Shown here piece after piece: positions 11,490 through 24,940 of a DNA stretch of 64,000 nt. How positions within the stretch are numbered: the first letter of the stretch is position 1; the number at the start of each line of letters is the position of its first letter. The stretch spans positions 5,766,001 to 5,830,000 of the forward strand of contig NC_086098.1 in assembly GCF_963921235.1 (NCBI RefSeq), written 5' to 3'. Under the pieces are notes generated by a model. The model had not been told where the DNA came from. It saw nothing but the letters and a program-made list of their open reading frames with translations, and searched no databases. A program made the position numbers and the translations under genes. Origin of the DNA: Mobula hypostoma (taxonomy: Eukaryota).

Positions 11490-11730
11490 CCAAACATTAG
11501 GCCGTCTCCGCCCTAGGACCTGGGCCCAGTTGCTTTGATAGGCTCTGCACCTGGACTCCGCTGTGATTGTGGTGTGTCCTCTGAATGCTTGGCTTTATAT
11601 ACTTACCAATCACCACCATCAACTGACGATGTCTCCTCGCATGGTGATGAAACATTTGTAAGTAAATTGCCAAGATCAGAGAACAACTCAACCCAACCAT
11701 TAGCCACTCAAGCTATACGTCTTCCAAAGA
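11490..11730 (+). mobile_element. Penelope-like terminal repeat with hammerhead core
   Basis: CTGACGA (11623-11629), t, gtctcc-tcgcat-ggtgat stem-loop, GAAAC (11649-11653), followed by aaattgccaag..cagagaacaactcaacccaacc, a layout typical of Penelope pseudo-LTR ends. Confidence 0.6.
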
Positions 11731-11739
11731 TACTGTTTT

Positions 11740-12500
11740 GCCCAACACTGTGGTAACATGTGGTTATTTGAGTGACTGTCACCTTCCTGTCAGCTTGAAC
11801 CAATCTGGCCACTTCCTCTGACCTCTCTCATTAAGACCATAAGACAAAGGAGCAGAAGTTGACCATTCGGCCCAATGAGTCTGCTCCGCCATTTTATCAT
11901 GAGCTGATCCATTCTCCCATTTAGTCCCACTCCCCCGTCTTCTCACCATAACCTTTGATGCCCTGTCTACTCAGATACCTATCAATCTCCGCTTTAAATA
12001 CACCCAATAACTTGGCCTCCACTGCTGCCCGTGGCAACAAATTCCAAAGATTTACCACCTTCTGTCTAAAAAATTTCCTTCGCATCTCTGTTCTGAATGG
12101 GCGCCCTTCAATACTTAAGTCATACCCTCTCGTACTAGACTCCCCCATCATGGGAAACAACTTTGCCACATCCACTCTGTCCATGCAAGGCATTTTCACC
12201 CACAGAACTGCCACTCACTGGATTTTGTTTTTGTTTTTCACACCGTTCTCTGGAAACTCTAGGGACTGTTGACATGATAATGTTGACTGATCAGCAGTTT
12301 CTGAGACACTCAAACCACCCTGTCTGGCACCAACAATCTTTCCACAATCAAAGTGGCTTAGACCTAATTTCTTCCCCATTCTGATGCACGGCGAAACACT
12401 TGACCATGTCTGCATGCTGTTCTGAACTGAGCTGTTGCCACATGATTGGCTGATTAGCTATTGGCACTAACAATGTACTTAATAAATTTGCCACTGAGCG
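11740..12500 (-). mobile_element. Non-autonomous Tc1 derivative, interrupted by a CR1 (about 11830-12185, minus)
   Basis: MGKKLGLSHFDCGKIVGARQGGLSVSETAD (Tc1 N-terminal HTH). TIR taataaa.t.gccactgag at about 12480-12498. The inner CR1 gives FFRQKVVNLWNLLP. Confidence 0.8.
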
Positions 12501-13390
12501 TATGTTCCCATAACTTATAAACACATGCGCTAGGGTAATAAAATGATGACTAGATTGGTTTCTTTAATGAGTCCTTCTTCCTGGTGGTCAATAAATCCCT
12601 TGGAAATATTGCAGCCACCAAATTCTGTGGCTCCTCATAAAAGCTGTGTAAATTTTTATGTTAACAAACTAATGCTAATTATTAATACTTTGCAGTAATT
12701 GCCCTTGTTTTCATTCAAAATGCTAACAAGATTATCCACATTAGAAAAACAGCATTCAATGTGCATGCATGAGAGCTGTTTTATTAAAGTCTGTGTGGTA
12801 ATCAGCCAAAAAGGAAAAGCTAATTATTGTGTCTCCTTCCACACACTGTCAAGGAACAAAACGCTAAATGGTCCTTTGCGTAATTACTTAGCAAAGTGTG
12901 TCATAAACAAGTTAAAGTTAACAACTTTAACCTTTTCAACACTAATTTGCATATATAAAATTCAGCTCAGACTTCCATTTATTTAAATTGCGTCCAGCAC
13001 TTATCTTCAGAAATTTATTTGCAAAGTCATGTTCCTTTCACTTTCATGTCCCTATCAGCAGGCTGGCTGCGTTTTTATGCAATGAGGATAAACTTGAAGT
13101 GGAGTAGTAGTTCAGTACTGGGCAGTGGGGTTTAGAAATGAAGTACAGAGATCAAACAGTAGCTGCCATCACCTGGATTGTCACAGAACTGAAATACTTG
13201 ACAATCTCACTGAGGGAGTTTCCCTTGATTAGATTTTTTTTTGAGTAGTTGCAGCTTCAAGTGATGATTAAACGTATGTTCGAGTAGCTAACGTGGAGAA
13301 TGTGGTAGTAGCAGATCACAGATTGGAGCCCTTGGGCATGATTACTAGCTGGCCATAGATGCAAAATCCGATTCCGGTTCCGATTCCATT

Positions 13391-13511
13391 TCAGATGCAG
13401 ATTCAGATTCAGATATGGATTCAGATCCAGATCCAGATCCAGATTCAGATTCAGATCCAGATTCAGATTCAGATCCAGATCCAGATTCAGATTCAGATCC
13501 AGATCCAGATC
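13391..13511. repeat. Hexamer microsatellite (GATTCA/GATCCA)n
   Basis: About 20 imperfect copies. Probably the expanded tail of an adjacent minus-strand retroelement (about 13512-13700). Confidence 0.95.
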
Positions 13512-14974
13512 TACTTATCATATGCACATCAAAGCATGCAGTGAAATGTGTCATTTTTATGAACAACCAACACACTCAAGGATGTGCTGGGGGCAGCCCA
13601 AAAGTGTCTCTACATGTTCTGGTGCCTAAACAGCATGCCCACAAAGTTCAGTAGAATAATGCAAGCAGCAGCAACAACAACAACAGCAGAACAAAACAAC
13701 AACCAAAGCAAGCCCCTTCACTCCCAACCCCCAAAACCTTTCATTACAGTTTCTGCCCACTCTCTTGGCTGTCCCGATGATGGGTCCCAGCCTGAAACAT
13801 CAAATATTCATTTCCCTCTGCAGATGCTGCCCTACCTATTGATTTCCATTAACATTTTGTCAGTGTTGAGGCAGGATGAAAGAAAAATAGAGCGGGACGT
13901 AAGATATATCATGGATTAGGTTAAAAGGTCGGCACAACATTGTGGGCCAAAGGGCCTGTACTGTGCTGTAATGGGCTACGTTCTAGGTACAGAATCAGAC
14001 TTCTGATTCTAGAACATAACAAATAGTGGATATTTAGCCTATCCAGTTGACAGTCTCTCTCTGAAAGGGCAAACAACTCCCTAGTCCAACCACCTTGTAT
14101 CTTTTTTGTATCCTAAAACAGTCTGCTACAATACCATCACTATACCAGCATACATTCAATGAATTTCTCAGCTGTGTGTTTTTCAACAGATTTGGAATAA
14201 GTGAGGGCAATTTTCTAACTTACCAAATAAACATTCAACCAATTACTTCATAATCACTTTCTTTAAATTTTTTACAAAAGATGTTTAACATTTTACAAAG
14301 AGAAAGCCTTGATAAAATCCAGACGAATTCTGATGTGAACAAGTTGGTTCATATCAGCACTGAGACTATGTTTCAAATACCTGGAAAGTAATCAGAAGAA
14401 GAAAGTGATTTTATCAACAATAATCTTGCAAGCAATCTTCAGAGGCTATTTGTAAAGTACTAGAATCTTGAACCGATTTTTGTTACTTTGTGAGTGCAAT
14501 GGCTTTCTATCCCACTGAGCCAGGTTACCCAACTCGACAACTGGCACACTTTTATTTGCCTATAGAAGCAGCTCTTTCTTCATTAGTGATGATGGGATAA
14601 CAGAAAATATGGTTTGATATTGTGTTGTTAATTGTTCAATAACTGTTATCTCACCTTGCAGACTGCATTGTTTCTAACAAGCTTTTGTTTCTATGCTTAA
14701 AAAACCATCTATAGAATAGATTTTCATCATCCCAACAACCAATGAAGGAAACATGGAGATTAAATGATCTCTTTTTTCATGCTTCTTGTTATCTTGACTT
14801 ATAACCACAAGGTGAGAAAGAAAGATAAATTTAAACTAAACAGAATGGTACTTGGCATGTTAAACTGGTCATGTTCTTTTTCACTTACTTCAGATTTTCC
14901 TTTTATCATCCCAAACCTTTGACTTAAAAGCGATGAAGCATGTTTTGATGGCTGTGGATAGAAACACATTTTTG

Positions 14975-15640
14975 TTTAGAGTCATTGAAACGTACAGCAC
15001 AGAAGCAGGCCCTTTGGCCCATCTAGTCCATGTCGAACCATTTAAACTGCCTACTCCCATCGACCTGCACCAGCACCATAGCCCTTCATATCCCTACCAT
15101 TGATATTCCTATCTAAATACTCTTAGATGTTGAAGTCGCATTCACATGCAGCACCTGTGCTGGCAGCTCATTCTGCACTCTCACAACCCTCTGAATGAAG
15201 AAGTTTCCCCTCATATTCCCCATAAACTTTTCAGCTTTCACCCTTAACCTATGACTTCTGGTTGTAGTCCTATCCAATCTCAGTGGAAAAAGTCTGCTTG
15301 CATTTACCCTATCTATACACCTCATAATTTTGTGTACATCTATCAAATCTCCTCTCAGTCTTCTAGATTATGAAGAATACAGTCTTAACGTATTCAATCT
15401 TTCCTTTTAACTCAGGTCCTTCAAACCCAGCAACATCCTTGTAAATTTTCTCTGCACTCTTTCAACCTTGTTTACATCTTTCCTCGAGGTAGGTGACTAA
15501 AGCTGCTCACAATCCTTCAGAACAGGGCTCACAACACTTATACAACTTCAACATAGCATCAAATATCCTGTACTTGGTACATGGATTTATGAAGGCCAAT
15601 GTGCCACAAGCTTTCTTTATGACCCTGAAAACATGGGATG
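14975..15640 (-). mobile_element. CR1 LINE 3' fragment
   Basis: ORF 15113-15346 (MRGNFFIQRVV..NELP). CR1 tail gtacagcacagaagcaggccctttggccc. Confidence 0.85.
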
Positions 15641-15781
15641 CCATTTGATTTAAATCGACAAGTTTAAATGTGTTTCATTTTTTTTTAACGTGCATGAGTG
15701 CACAAGTGAATTAATAGCAGGAATAGGACCCTCAAGCCTTTCAATCTTCTCCACTATTGAATAAATCCATGGCTGATCTAA

Positions 15782-15920
15782 TAGACACAAAAATTCTGCA
15801 GATGCTGGAAATCCAGAGTAACACAGACAAAATACTGGAGAAACTTAAGCAAGGCAGGTAATATTTATGGAAAGGTATAAAGAGTTGATCTTTTGGACCG
15901 AGACCCTTCATCAGGACTGA
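15782..15920 (-). mobile_element. Penelope-derived terminal repeat with decayed minimal hammerhead
   Basis: Reverse complement reads tcagtc CTGATGA agggtctcggtcc aaaag..., then ggatttccagcatctgcagaat. Related copies at about 9835-9912, 13765-13868, 45500-45600, 53170-53290 and 60470-60563. Confidence 0.75.
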
Positions 15921-15952
15921 TCTAATTGTAAATTGAAATCTGAATTCCTGAC

Positions 15953-17680
15953 TGTAATGGGCTGGGTTGGTCAGTTTCAAACCAATTTGAGTGTCCAGGA
16001 GATGTGGTAATAAACGTACAAGCACAACAAAGAAACTTAAGATTAATTTACTATCATAAAACAGAAAGCACAAATAAACCAGACAAAATACTATGTAGTA
16101 AGTTACAAAGATTTCCACAAAGATTTCAGGGCTTCTTAATCACTTGATAGTTGCTGTCATCAGGGGAGCTCCGAATTCTGACTCACTCGTGAAGCCGCCC
16201 CTTGGTCGTAGGCACCAATTACGATTTCCGACCTTCAATGGAGGTGTTGTAGATAGTCTGGAGGTGTGTCAGGGGTTTCAGCAGGACATCAATAGGATGC
16301 AGAATTGGGTGGAGAAGTGGCAGATGGAGTTCAACCCAGATAAGTGTGAAGTGGTTAATTTTGGAAGGTCAGATTTGAAGGTTGAATATAGTATTAAATG
16401 TAAGACTCTTGGCAGTGTGCAGGGTCAGAGAGATCTTGGATTCCATGTCCATAGGACTCGCAAAGCTGCTGCGCAGGTTGACAGTGTTGTTAAGAAGGTG
16501 GAAGGCACGTTGGCATTCATCAACCATAGGATAGCTTTCAAGAGCCGTGAGGTAATGTTACAGCTATATAAGACCCTGCTTGGAGTACTTTGTTCAGTTC
16601 TGGTCACCTCACTACAGGAAAGATGTGGATGCTATAGAGAGAGTGCAGAGGAGATTTACAAGGATGTTGCCTGGATTGGGGAGCATACCTTATGAGAATA
16701 GGTTGAGTGAACTTTGCCTTTTCCCCCGGAGCGACGGAGGATGAGAGGTGACCTGATAGAGGTGTATAAGATAATGAGAGGCATTGATCATGTGGATAGT
16801 CAGAGGCTGTTTCCCAGGGCTGAAATGGCTAACTTGAGGAGGCATAGTTTTAAGGTGCGTGGAAGTAGGTACAGAGGGCTAAGTTTTTCACACGGAGATT
16901 GGTGGGTGCATGGAATGCACTGCCGGTGGAGGAGGTGGATACAATGAGGTCTTTTAAGAGACTCTTAGATAGGCACATGGAGCTTAGAAAAATAGAGGGC
17001 TATGTGGTAGGGAAATTCTAGACAGTTTCTAGAGTGGGTTACATGGTTGGCATAACATTGTGGGCCGAAGGGCCTGTAATGTGCTGTAGATCTCCATGTT
17101 CAATGTTCTATGTTCAAATAAAGTCCAACAAAACCAGGGAAAGGCACCTCAATAAATACAAGTTTTACAAGTGTAGATCCACGAGGCAGTCAAACTCTTC
17201 GATCTTTCGTTCTCATGCTGTTAACCCAGCCAAGTTTATTTCATTTAAGCAACATGTACGTTCCTTAACGCCGTGTTCAGTATAGCCACATAAATTAATT
17301 AGACACTTTAATCGTCACTCCCAGTTATACTGGCAGCACCCAACATTCTTTTGGACTTACAAAAGAGTATTAATATTATATACGCGACCAAACCAAATCC
17401 AAAAATGAATCCATCTAGCTAACTTTATAGACATCACACTTCAATGGTGCCTGAGACTAAGGAAGGATCTATCAACCCAGCTCTCAAAGTGACCAACAGA
17501 CATCTCATCATTAACAGACCTACAGTGCTTAGCTTGTACAAACATCCTGCAGACATTACTCACTAACAGACATTCCATAGACGTTAACAGACCGCACATC
17601 TAGGAGTTCAGAAAGAGTTAAATTGTCTTTTCACCCTGCAGACATTCATCTAATGTTTTACAAAATTTAAAATAACACCA
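15953..17680. mobile_element. Probable solo LTR with a nested CR1
   Basis: Begins TGTAA and ends CA. TGAC on both flanks (15949-15952, 17681-17684). Internal taacagac repeats. Interrupts an older CR1 tail. Confidence 0.45.
16237..17112 (+). mobile_element. CR1 LINE 3' fragment
   Basis: QQDINRMQNWVEKWQMEFNPDKCEV..QRDLG and RRRMRGDLIEVYKIM, plus a CR1 tail. Confidence 0.9.
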
Positions 17681-17819
17681 TGACTGGCCCTGTTAAACTT
17701 ACACCTCCTTGCATAGCAAGGATTTATCTACCTCTAACTTAAAATGTGTTTGGGCGCATAGCTTCCACTGTTATTTATGGAGAGATGTTTGGATGCTCAC
17801 AACAATTTGTGAGAAAAGA

Positions 17820-18590
17820 AGAGGTTTAGAAGGAGACAATGGCGCCTAACAGCGACTCCTCTGCTTGCATCTTCAGAAACAGCTCTATTTCCATCTTTAG
17901 TATCTCTATTTATCCCTTTCAGGGTTCTTTTGAAGACCCTGACCTGGAGTTACACACTGACTTCAGTTCTTTGCGGGAATGGGACCCGCTCTCAGGGTTT
18001 CACAACTGGTCATTATTTGACATGCCTAGGGCATGGCCTAAAAGCTCAGCTCGCCTTTGGAGGGCCAAGATCTCGTGGCTCTGGAGATGGACAGATCGAA
18101 GGTCGGTGTCGTGGCCGGAGATAGGTGTGTCGTGGGAGTTGGAGCTGAGTTCTTTGGGCACAGGGCTCGGAAAAAGCGATGTAACAGACTTTTAACATTG
18201 TAAACCAGTGAGTTGTTTGTTATGTCTCTCCTCTTGCTGTGAAACAGAGATACCTCTTTCTCCCTTATTAGAGAGAGAGAGAGCCTGTGGTACATCGAAT
18301 ACTGGGTGAACGAGTAGTCTTTGGGGTACTGCTAGTTTGTGTCTTTACTGTTGCTTTGCTGCATGCTTAAAGTTCTTGGTGGTGGGTGCCAATGTTTTTT
18401 TTGCTGGTGGGGGGAGGAGGGATTGTTGCTTGCTGCTGCTTACATGCGGGAGGGGGAAGCTGGGGGAGGGGAACTTTGAGTTCCAACATTTAACTGTCTT
18501 TCATTCTTTAGGGCACTCCTCTGTTTCCATGGATGGCTATATTTGTACACCTTTCTCTGACATTAAATGTACCTTTGAAGTCTTTGAGAA
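17820..18590 (+). mobile_element. Unclassified non-autonomous retroposon
   Basis: Flanked by tgagaaaa on both sides (candidate TSD) inside a CR1 remnant. Ends attaaa...(ctttga)n, like a LINE tail. Confidence 0.45.
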
Positions 18591-18779
18591 AAACATCTAG
18601 CACATCTCTCTTTTAAGTGGGCAACATCATATTTTTAAACAGTGACCTTTTGAACCTAGATACTCCCTCTTCACATCCATTCTGCCAAGAATCCTTTCTC
18701 GTTGTAAAAAATTAAAATGTATTTTTATTTCATATTTACAGTAACTTAACTTTTTATCCCACTGTATTTATGTTTCATT

Positions 18780-19625
18780 AGAGGTTTGAGGAGAATTGGT
18801 ACGTCACTAATGACACTCACGAATTTGTATTGTGGACAGCGTTCCAACTGATTGCATTATATATGGTGCGGAGGAGCCACTGCACATGACTGGAAAAAGT
18901 TGCAGAAAATTGCAAACTCAGTCATCTCCGGCATGGGTACTAGCCTCCCTAGTGTCAAGGACATGTTGAAAAGATGATACCTCAAAAAGGTTGCTCCACG
19001 CTTGTGGAAAAGTATCCCTGAGCATCCAGAACATCGCTACCATTAAAGAGGAGATACCAGAGTCCAAAGCCACACACTCAGTGCTTCAGGGACAGCTTCT
19101 TCTCTTCCGCCATCAGATTTCTGAATAGACAATGAACTTATGAACACTACCTCAGTGCTCTTTCCTCTCTTTTTGCATTAATTTAATTTAATTTTCTCTT
19201 TTAACATATATACTTACTGTAATGTATATATAGGCATCTGTTAGTCTCGTGAGAACATTGACTTGTGCCTTGGAAGGTTTCCAGGGTGCAGGCCTGGGCA
19301 AGGTTGTATGGAAGACCAGCAGTTGCCCATGCTGCAAGTCTCCTCTCTCCACGACACCAATGTTGTCCAAGGGAAGGGCATTAGGACCCATACAGCTTGG
19401 CACCAGTGTCGTCGCAGAGCAATGTGTGGTTAAGTGCCTTGCTCAAGGACACAACACGTTGCCTCAGCTGAGGCTTGAATTAGCGACCTTCAGATCACTA
19501 GACCGACGCCTTAACCACTTGGCCACGCACTAACATTACTGTAACGTACATTTTATGTTATTACATACTGCTGCCACAAAACACCACTTTTCACGATACT
19601 GATATTAAGCCTGAGTCTGATTCTG
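18780..19625 (+). mobile_element. Rex1/Babar 3' fragment with nested family A SINE
   Basis: Rex-type ending cactcagtgcttcagggacagcttcttc.c.tccgccatcagatttctgaat and a (tctgat)n tail. Confidence 0.7.
19234..19530 (-). mobile_element. tRNA-derived SINE, family A (copy 2)
   Basis: Homologous to copy 1. TSD ttactgtaa(t/c)gta at 19214-19226 and 19536-19548. Confidence 0.9.
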
Positions 19626-19643
19626 ACCTTATCTTTATCAATC

Positions 19644-19720
19644 CAAGGGTTCCCAACCTGGGATCCTTTGAGCTCTTGCTTAATAACATTGGTCCAGGCA
19701 TGAAAAACTTGGCAACCTCT
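19644..19720. mobile_element. Small hAT-like MITE, decayed
   Basis: Imperfect terminal inverted repeats caagggttcccaac / ttggcaacctctg, resembling CAGGGGTTCCCAA hAT ends. Confidence 0.4.
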
Positions 19721-20019
19721 GCAAGCTCCAGAAGATAGAAGCCTAACCTATCCTGTCTTTCCTTATAAGGCATTCTACCCATTCCAGGCATTTCCCTAAT
19801 AAACCATCTTTGAAATGCTTCAAGTTCAAATCATTGTCATCTTCCTGTATGTATATATAACCAAACAAAACAATGTTTCTCTAGACCACGGTGTATCCAC
19901 AAAACGTATATTACACACAACACAAAAAACAAAATGTTACCACAAATAAAATATAACTCAAAGTGTGTGTAGTGCACAGCACAAGTAAACAATCAGCAAC
20001 TTCGATTGTGATATCATTT

Positions 20020-20852
20020 ATGGCAGATGCAATTTAATGTGGATAAATGTGAAGTTATCCACTTTGGTGGCAAAAATAGGAAAACAGATTATTATCTGAA
20101 TGGTGGCCGATTAGGAAAAGGGGAGGTGCAACGAGACCTGGGTGTCATTATACACCAGTCATTGAAAGTGGGCATGCAGGTACAGCAGACGGTGAAAAAG
20201 GCGAACGGTATGCTGGCATTTATAGCGAGAGGATTCGAGTACAGGAGCAGGGAGGTACTACTGCAGTTGTACAAGGCCTTGGTGAGACCACACCTGGAGT
20301 ATTGTGTGCAGTTTTGGTCCCCTAATCTGAGGAAAGACATCTTTGCCATAGAGGGAGTACAAAGAAGGTTCACCAGATTGATTCCTGGGATGGCAGGTCT
20401 TTCATATGAAGAAAGACTGGATGAACTGGGCTTGTACTCGTTGGAATTTAGAAGATTGAGGGGGGATCTGATTGAAACGTATAAGATCCTAAAGGGATTG
20501 GACAGGCTAGATGCGGGAAGATTGTTCCCGATGTTGGGGAGGTCCAGAACGAGGGGTCACAGTTTGAGGATAGAGGGGAAGCCTTTTAGGACCGAGATTA
20601 GGAAAAACTTCTTCACACAGAGAGTGGTGAATCTGTGGAATTCTCTGCCACAGCAAACTGTTGAGGCCAGTTCATTAGCTATGTTTAAAAGGAAGTTAGA
20701 TATGGCCCTTGTGGCTACAGGGGTCAGGGGGTATGGAGGGAAGGCTGGGTTCTGAGTTGGATGATCAGCCATGATCATAATAAATGGCGGTGCAGGCTCG
20801 AAGGGCCGAATGGCCTACTCCTGCACCTATTTTCTATGTTTCTATGTTTCTA
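20020..20852 (+). mobile_element. CR1 LINE 5'-truncated copy, young
   Basis: Open 242-aa ORF 20027-20755 (WQMQFNVDKC..LVRPHLEYCVQFWSP..FFTQRVVNLWNSLP) and a (tttctatg)n tail. A close relative lies at 31420-31880. Confidence 0.95.
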
Positions 20853-22999
20853 TAATATTTTGTTTGTTCCCTTCATTACTTTTGTATTTGCATACTAAGT
20901 GTTCCTGAATTGTGATCTGGAATATTTGCCTAGTAAAAGCCTTTACATAGTTATGCTCTACATGTAAACAAGTTGAGTGGAACTATTTTTCGAGAGTTAC
21001 ATTGATTAGAGTCATGGAGTCCATAGGAAACTACAGCACAGAAACAGGCTCTTTGAAACATCTAGTCCATGCTGAGCCTTTTAAGCTGCTTACTCCCATC
21101 AACCTGCACCAGGACCATAGTCCTCCATATCCCTTCCATCCAAATTTCTCTTAAACATTGAAATCGAGCTTGCATGCACAACTTGTACTGGCAGCTCATT
21201 CTGCACACACACAAACATCTGAGTGAAGAAGTTTTCCCTCATGTTTCCCTTAAGCTTCTCACCTTTCACCTTTAACCCATGGCCTCTAGTTGTATTCTCA
21301 CCCAACCCCAGTGGAAAATCCAGTTGAATTTCCTGGTTCTTTAGATTCATTTTAGATTTTTTGCATTTTATTACGATTTGTAATTTTAAAATGCCTCACG
21401 ATATATTTAGAGAAGCCATCACATCTGATTAGCTTAATCTTCAAAGATACCTCTGCTAGAGTTTGTACAATTTCCCTCACAGGGTTTTGCAAAACTCTGA
21501 AATGAAATTTAGGGTGTCACACCTAATGCGATGCTCTGCAGCTCAGTGTGTTGGAGCTCAGAGTTCAATTCTGGCGTCCTCTCTCAGAGAGTTTGTACGT
21601 TCTTCCCCTGTGAATGTGGGTTTCCTCTACGTGCTCTGGTTTCCTCCCACAGTCTAAAAATGTGCCTGTTAGTAGGTTCCTTGGTCATCATAAATTGTCC
21701 TACGTGTAGGCTCATGTTAAATAGGCACATGGCTGGGCAGTGCAGCTTGGTAATCTGGAAGGGCCTGTTCTGTGCTCTATCTCTGTGTCTGTGAAACCTT
21801 GGTGGAAGAGGTATCCATGAAAAGTTTTTCAGAGAGCACTGAAAGACATTGTCGGGGATCAAGACCTATGCTGGGTGATAGAGAGACGGGAGGAGACAGT
21901 CGATACTAGTCATCAGTAGATTGGTTGATGTGCAGCAAAGCAGGTGGGCCAGAAGGTACTGTTCTACGCTGCATCCCTAAATAAATAAAATAAATACTTT
22001 TGCAGAATGTTGGTCCAAAGCTCTGAATTTGGCAAAATTGACTGGAAAGGTAATTTTAATTTATGACCTTTGGCATACGGCCTAAATCCATCCTGTGTTT
22101 TCCAATTTCTTTGGTCTGGATCCAGCAATGATTATTTGCATAACTATTGTTTTTGGCTAGAAAGTAATATATCTCTTTAAAAATAATGTTGAAGATTCAA
22201 TAAATCTTCTCGTGATATATTTACAAAAACTCAATTTGCTCATAATAGATTGTTTAGCTTAAATTCATTAGATTGCCTAATAATTGCAGCTAATTGTAAT
22301 CAGTTCCTCATGAGTCGTATTAGAATTCCATCTGGCTAAACAACAGGAACAGAATTCTTCAACTTGCTCCCCTCGTACTTCTACTGTTCTGCCACAATTT
22401 ATCAGGAGTACATTATGCAAAGTCCTGAATTACATGTGTAACTGATAAAATTGATGATGCTGCTCTGGCAAAGCCTTTGTATCCATCTGTTATATTTTAC
22501 CCTTTTAACCAATGCTTCTAAAAATAGCAAGGTAATCATTTTTCATGATGGTTATCTCAGATTCATTTTGAAGTCTTTTGGAAAGCAACACAAGCAATGC
22601 AAAGTATTCAGAATATTCCAAGGCTTGGGTTCTATATTTTCGGTGGTTTGCAAACAACGTGCGTTGAATACTTTATGGTGAGTTTACTCTCGGAGCTTTA
22701 TTACTTATAGAGATATAGTGCAGAGTTGGCTCTTCCAGCTTATGAGCTGCATCACCCAGCAAACACCCAATTTAATCCTAGCCTAATCACGGGACAATTT
22801 ACAATAACCAATTAACCTACCATCCGGTACGTCTTTGGACCGTGGGAGAAAAACCGGAGCCCCCTGATGAAACCCAAATGGTTACGGGGAGAATATACAA
22901 ACTCCTTACAGGCAGCTGCAGGAACTGACCGTGGGTCGTTGGTACTGCAAAGCGTTTTGCTAGCCATTACACTACAATGCCACCTTCCCACAAGTGTCA

Positions 23000-23480
23000 T
23001 CGAACATAGAAGATAAGTAGCGCAAAAAAGAAACAGAAATGTAGAAGTAATGAGGTAGTGCTCATGGTCAAATATCCATTTAGGAATCGGATGGCAGAGG
23101 GGAAGAAGCTGTTCCTGAATCACTAAGTGTGTGCTTTTAGGCTCCTGTACCTCCTCCCTGATGGTATCAATGAGAAGAGGGCACATCCCGGTGGTGGGGT
23201 TCCTTAATGAAAGACGTCGCCTTCTTGAGGCATCGCTCCATCAGATGTCCTGGATATTATGGAAGTTAGTAATGGAGCTGACTAATTTGACACATTCCTG
23301 CAACTTACTTCAGTCTTGTGCAATAGCAGCCCCCCCCCCCCCCATACCAGATGGTGACGCAGACAGTCAGAATGCTCTCCATGGTAGATTTGTAGAAGTT
23401 TTCAAGTACTTTAGCTGACAACCCAAATCTCCTCAAACCCCTAATGAAATTTAGCCACTGTCTTGCTTTCATTACAGCTG
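23000..23480 (-). mobile_element. Rex1/Babar 3' fragment
   Basis: Reverse complement of the Rex ending (ggcagaggggaagaagctgttcctgaatcact; cagtcagaatgctctcc). Confidence 0.7.
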
Positions 23481-24399
23481 CATCAATATGTCCTGACTAT
23501 TTAACCTACACTAAGATCAATCTAGTGCCCTTCCTTTCCTCATAGCCCTCTATTTTTCTATCATCCTTTTGCCTATTAAAGAGCTTCATAAATATCCCTA
23601 ATATATCTGCCTCAACTACCACCCCATGCACTCACCACTCCCTGTGTCCACTTACATCCCCAAAACCTTTCTCCAATCAGCTTAATATTATGTGTCCTAG
23701 CGTTAGCCAAATCCCCCTGTGAAAATATCTCTGGCTGTCCACCAATCTGAGTGTCTTATCATCTTATACACCTCTACCTATCTTCATAATCCAGGCAGCA
23801 TCCTGGTAAATCTTCTCTGCACCTTCTCGAAAGCCTCCACATCCTTCCTATAAAGAGACAACTTGCTGGAACTGTGGAGTCAAAGTAATTTATTTCCTTC
23901 AGCAAGGGGTGGGACATTTCTGTAATTCTCCATCTCAGAAGTTTTTGGAGGCAAAAGATCACTGGGGGAATTTTTAAATGAGAAAATAATTTTGATCTGT
24001 CACCGAAAGTTTCTTCAGATACACAAAGTGTAAACGAGATGTGTGAGTGGATATCAGTCTGTTGGAAAACAATGCTGGAGAAGTGGTAATGGGGGATGGA
24101 TGAGGAAATGGCAGACGAACTGGATAAGTATTTTGTGTTAGTCTTCATGGTGAAAGACTAACAGACTAGCAGTATGGTGGAAATTCCAGGTGTCATGAGT
24201 CATGAAGTGTGTGTAACTGCAGACGGTTCAAAGCAGGCTCACGAAAATTATTCCAGGATTGAATGGCTTGTCATATGCAGAGCTCTGGGCCTGTATGCAA
24301 TAGAATTCAAAAGAATGAGGGGTGACCTAATTGAAACCTACCTTCAGACCTTCCAGATCTTTCCATTTCCCAAGAACTTTCTCCCAGGTAATGATAATT

Positions 24400-24940
24400 T
24401 CATACACCGTGTCCCCTCTAAATATTATTGGCTAGCTTATTTTTGTATTATGTCTTTTTAGTTGCATTCTGTTGGTTTTTGAAAGCTTTTAAATCCCCTA
24501 GTGGGTCCAACTTTGAGCTGCTCTAAAAAGCAATCTCGTAGACACTCTAGAAACTCCCCTCCTGGAATCTAGCACCAACCTGATTTTCCCAAACAACCTG
24601 CATATGGAAAGCCCCATGACTATTGTAACATTACCCTTTTGACCTTTATTTTCTATCTCCTATTGTCATTTGTAGACCACACCCTCACTATGGATTGTGG
24701 GTCTTTTTACCCTTGCAGTCCTTCAGCCCTATCCACAATAATTCAACACAACTCCCACACTATGTCTCCACTTTCTAATGATTTGATTTCATTTTTCACC
24801 AACCGAGCAATGCTGACTCTGACTTCCGGCCTGTCCCTTCGATATAATATACATCTTTGGGCTTTAAGCTCAATGCTATTGTCTTCTTTCAGCCATAATT
24901 CAGTGATGCCTACAACATCATACCTGCCAATGTGCAACTG
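24400..24940 (-). mobile_element. CR1 endonuclease-region fragment
   Basis: IGRYDVVGITELWLKED..YRRDR..LVKNEIKSLE. Confidence 0.7.

Noticed and set aside
13345..13654. SGSESE / IQIQ / DPDSD low-complexity ORFs
   Set aside because: They are translations of a hexamer microsatellite.
14224..14380. Minus-strand exon with good ag/gt signals
   Set aside because: Stops occur in all three frames and no homology is recognisable; it cannot be supported without RNA data.
17839..18195. 118-aa ORF starting MAPNSDSS
   Set aside because: It lies inside a TSD-flanked interspersed repeat and has no recognisable domain.
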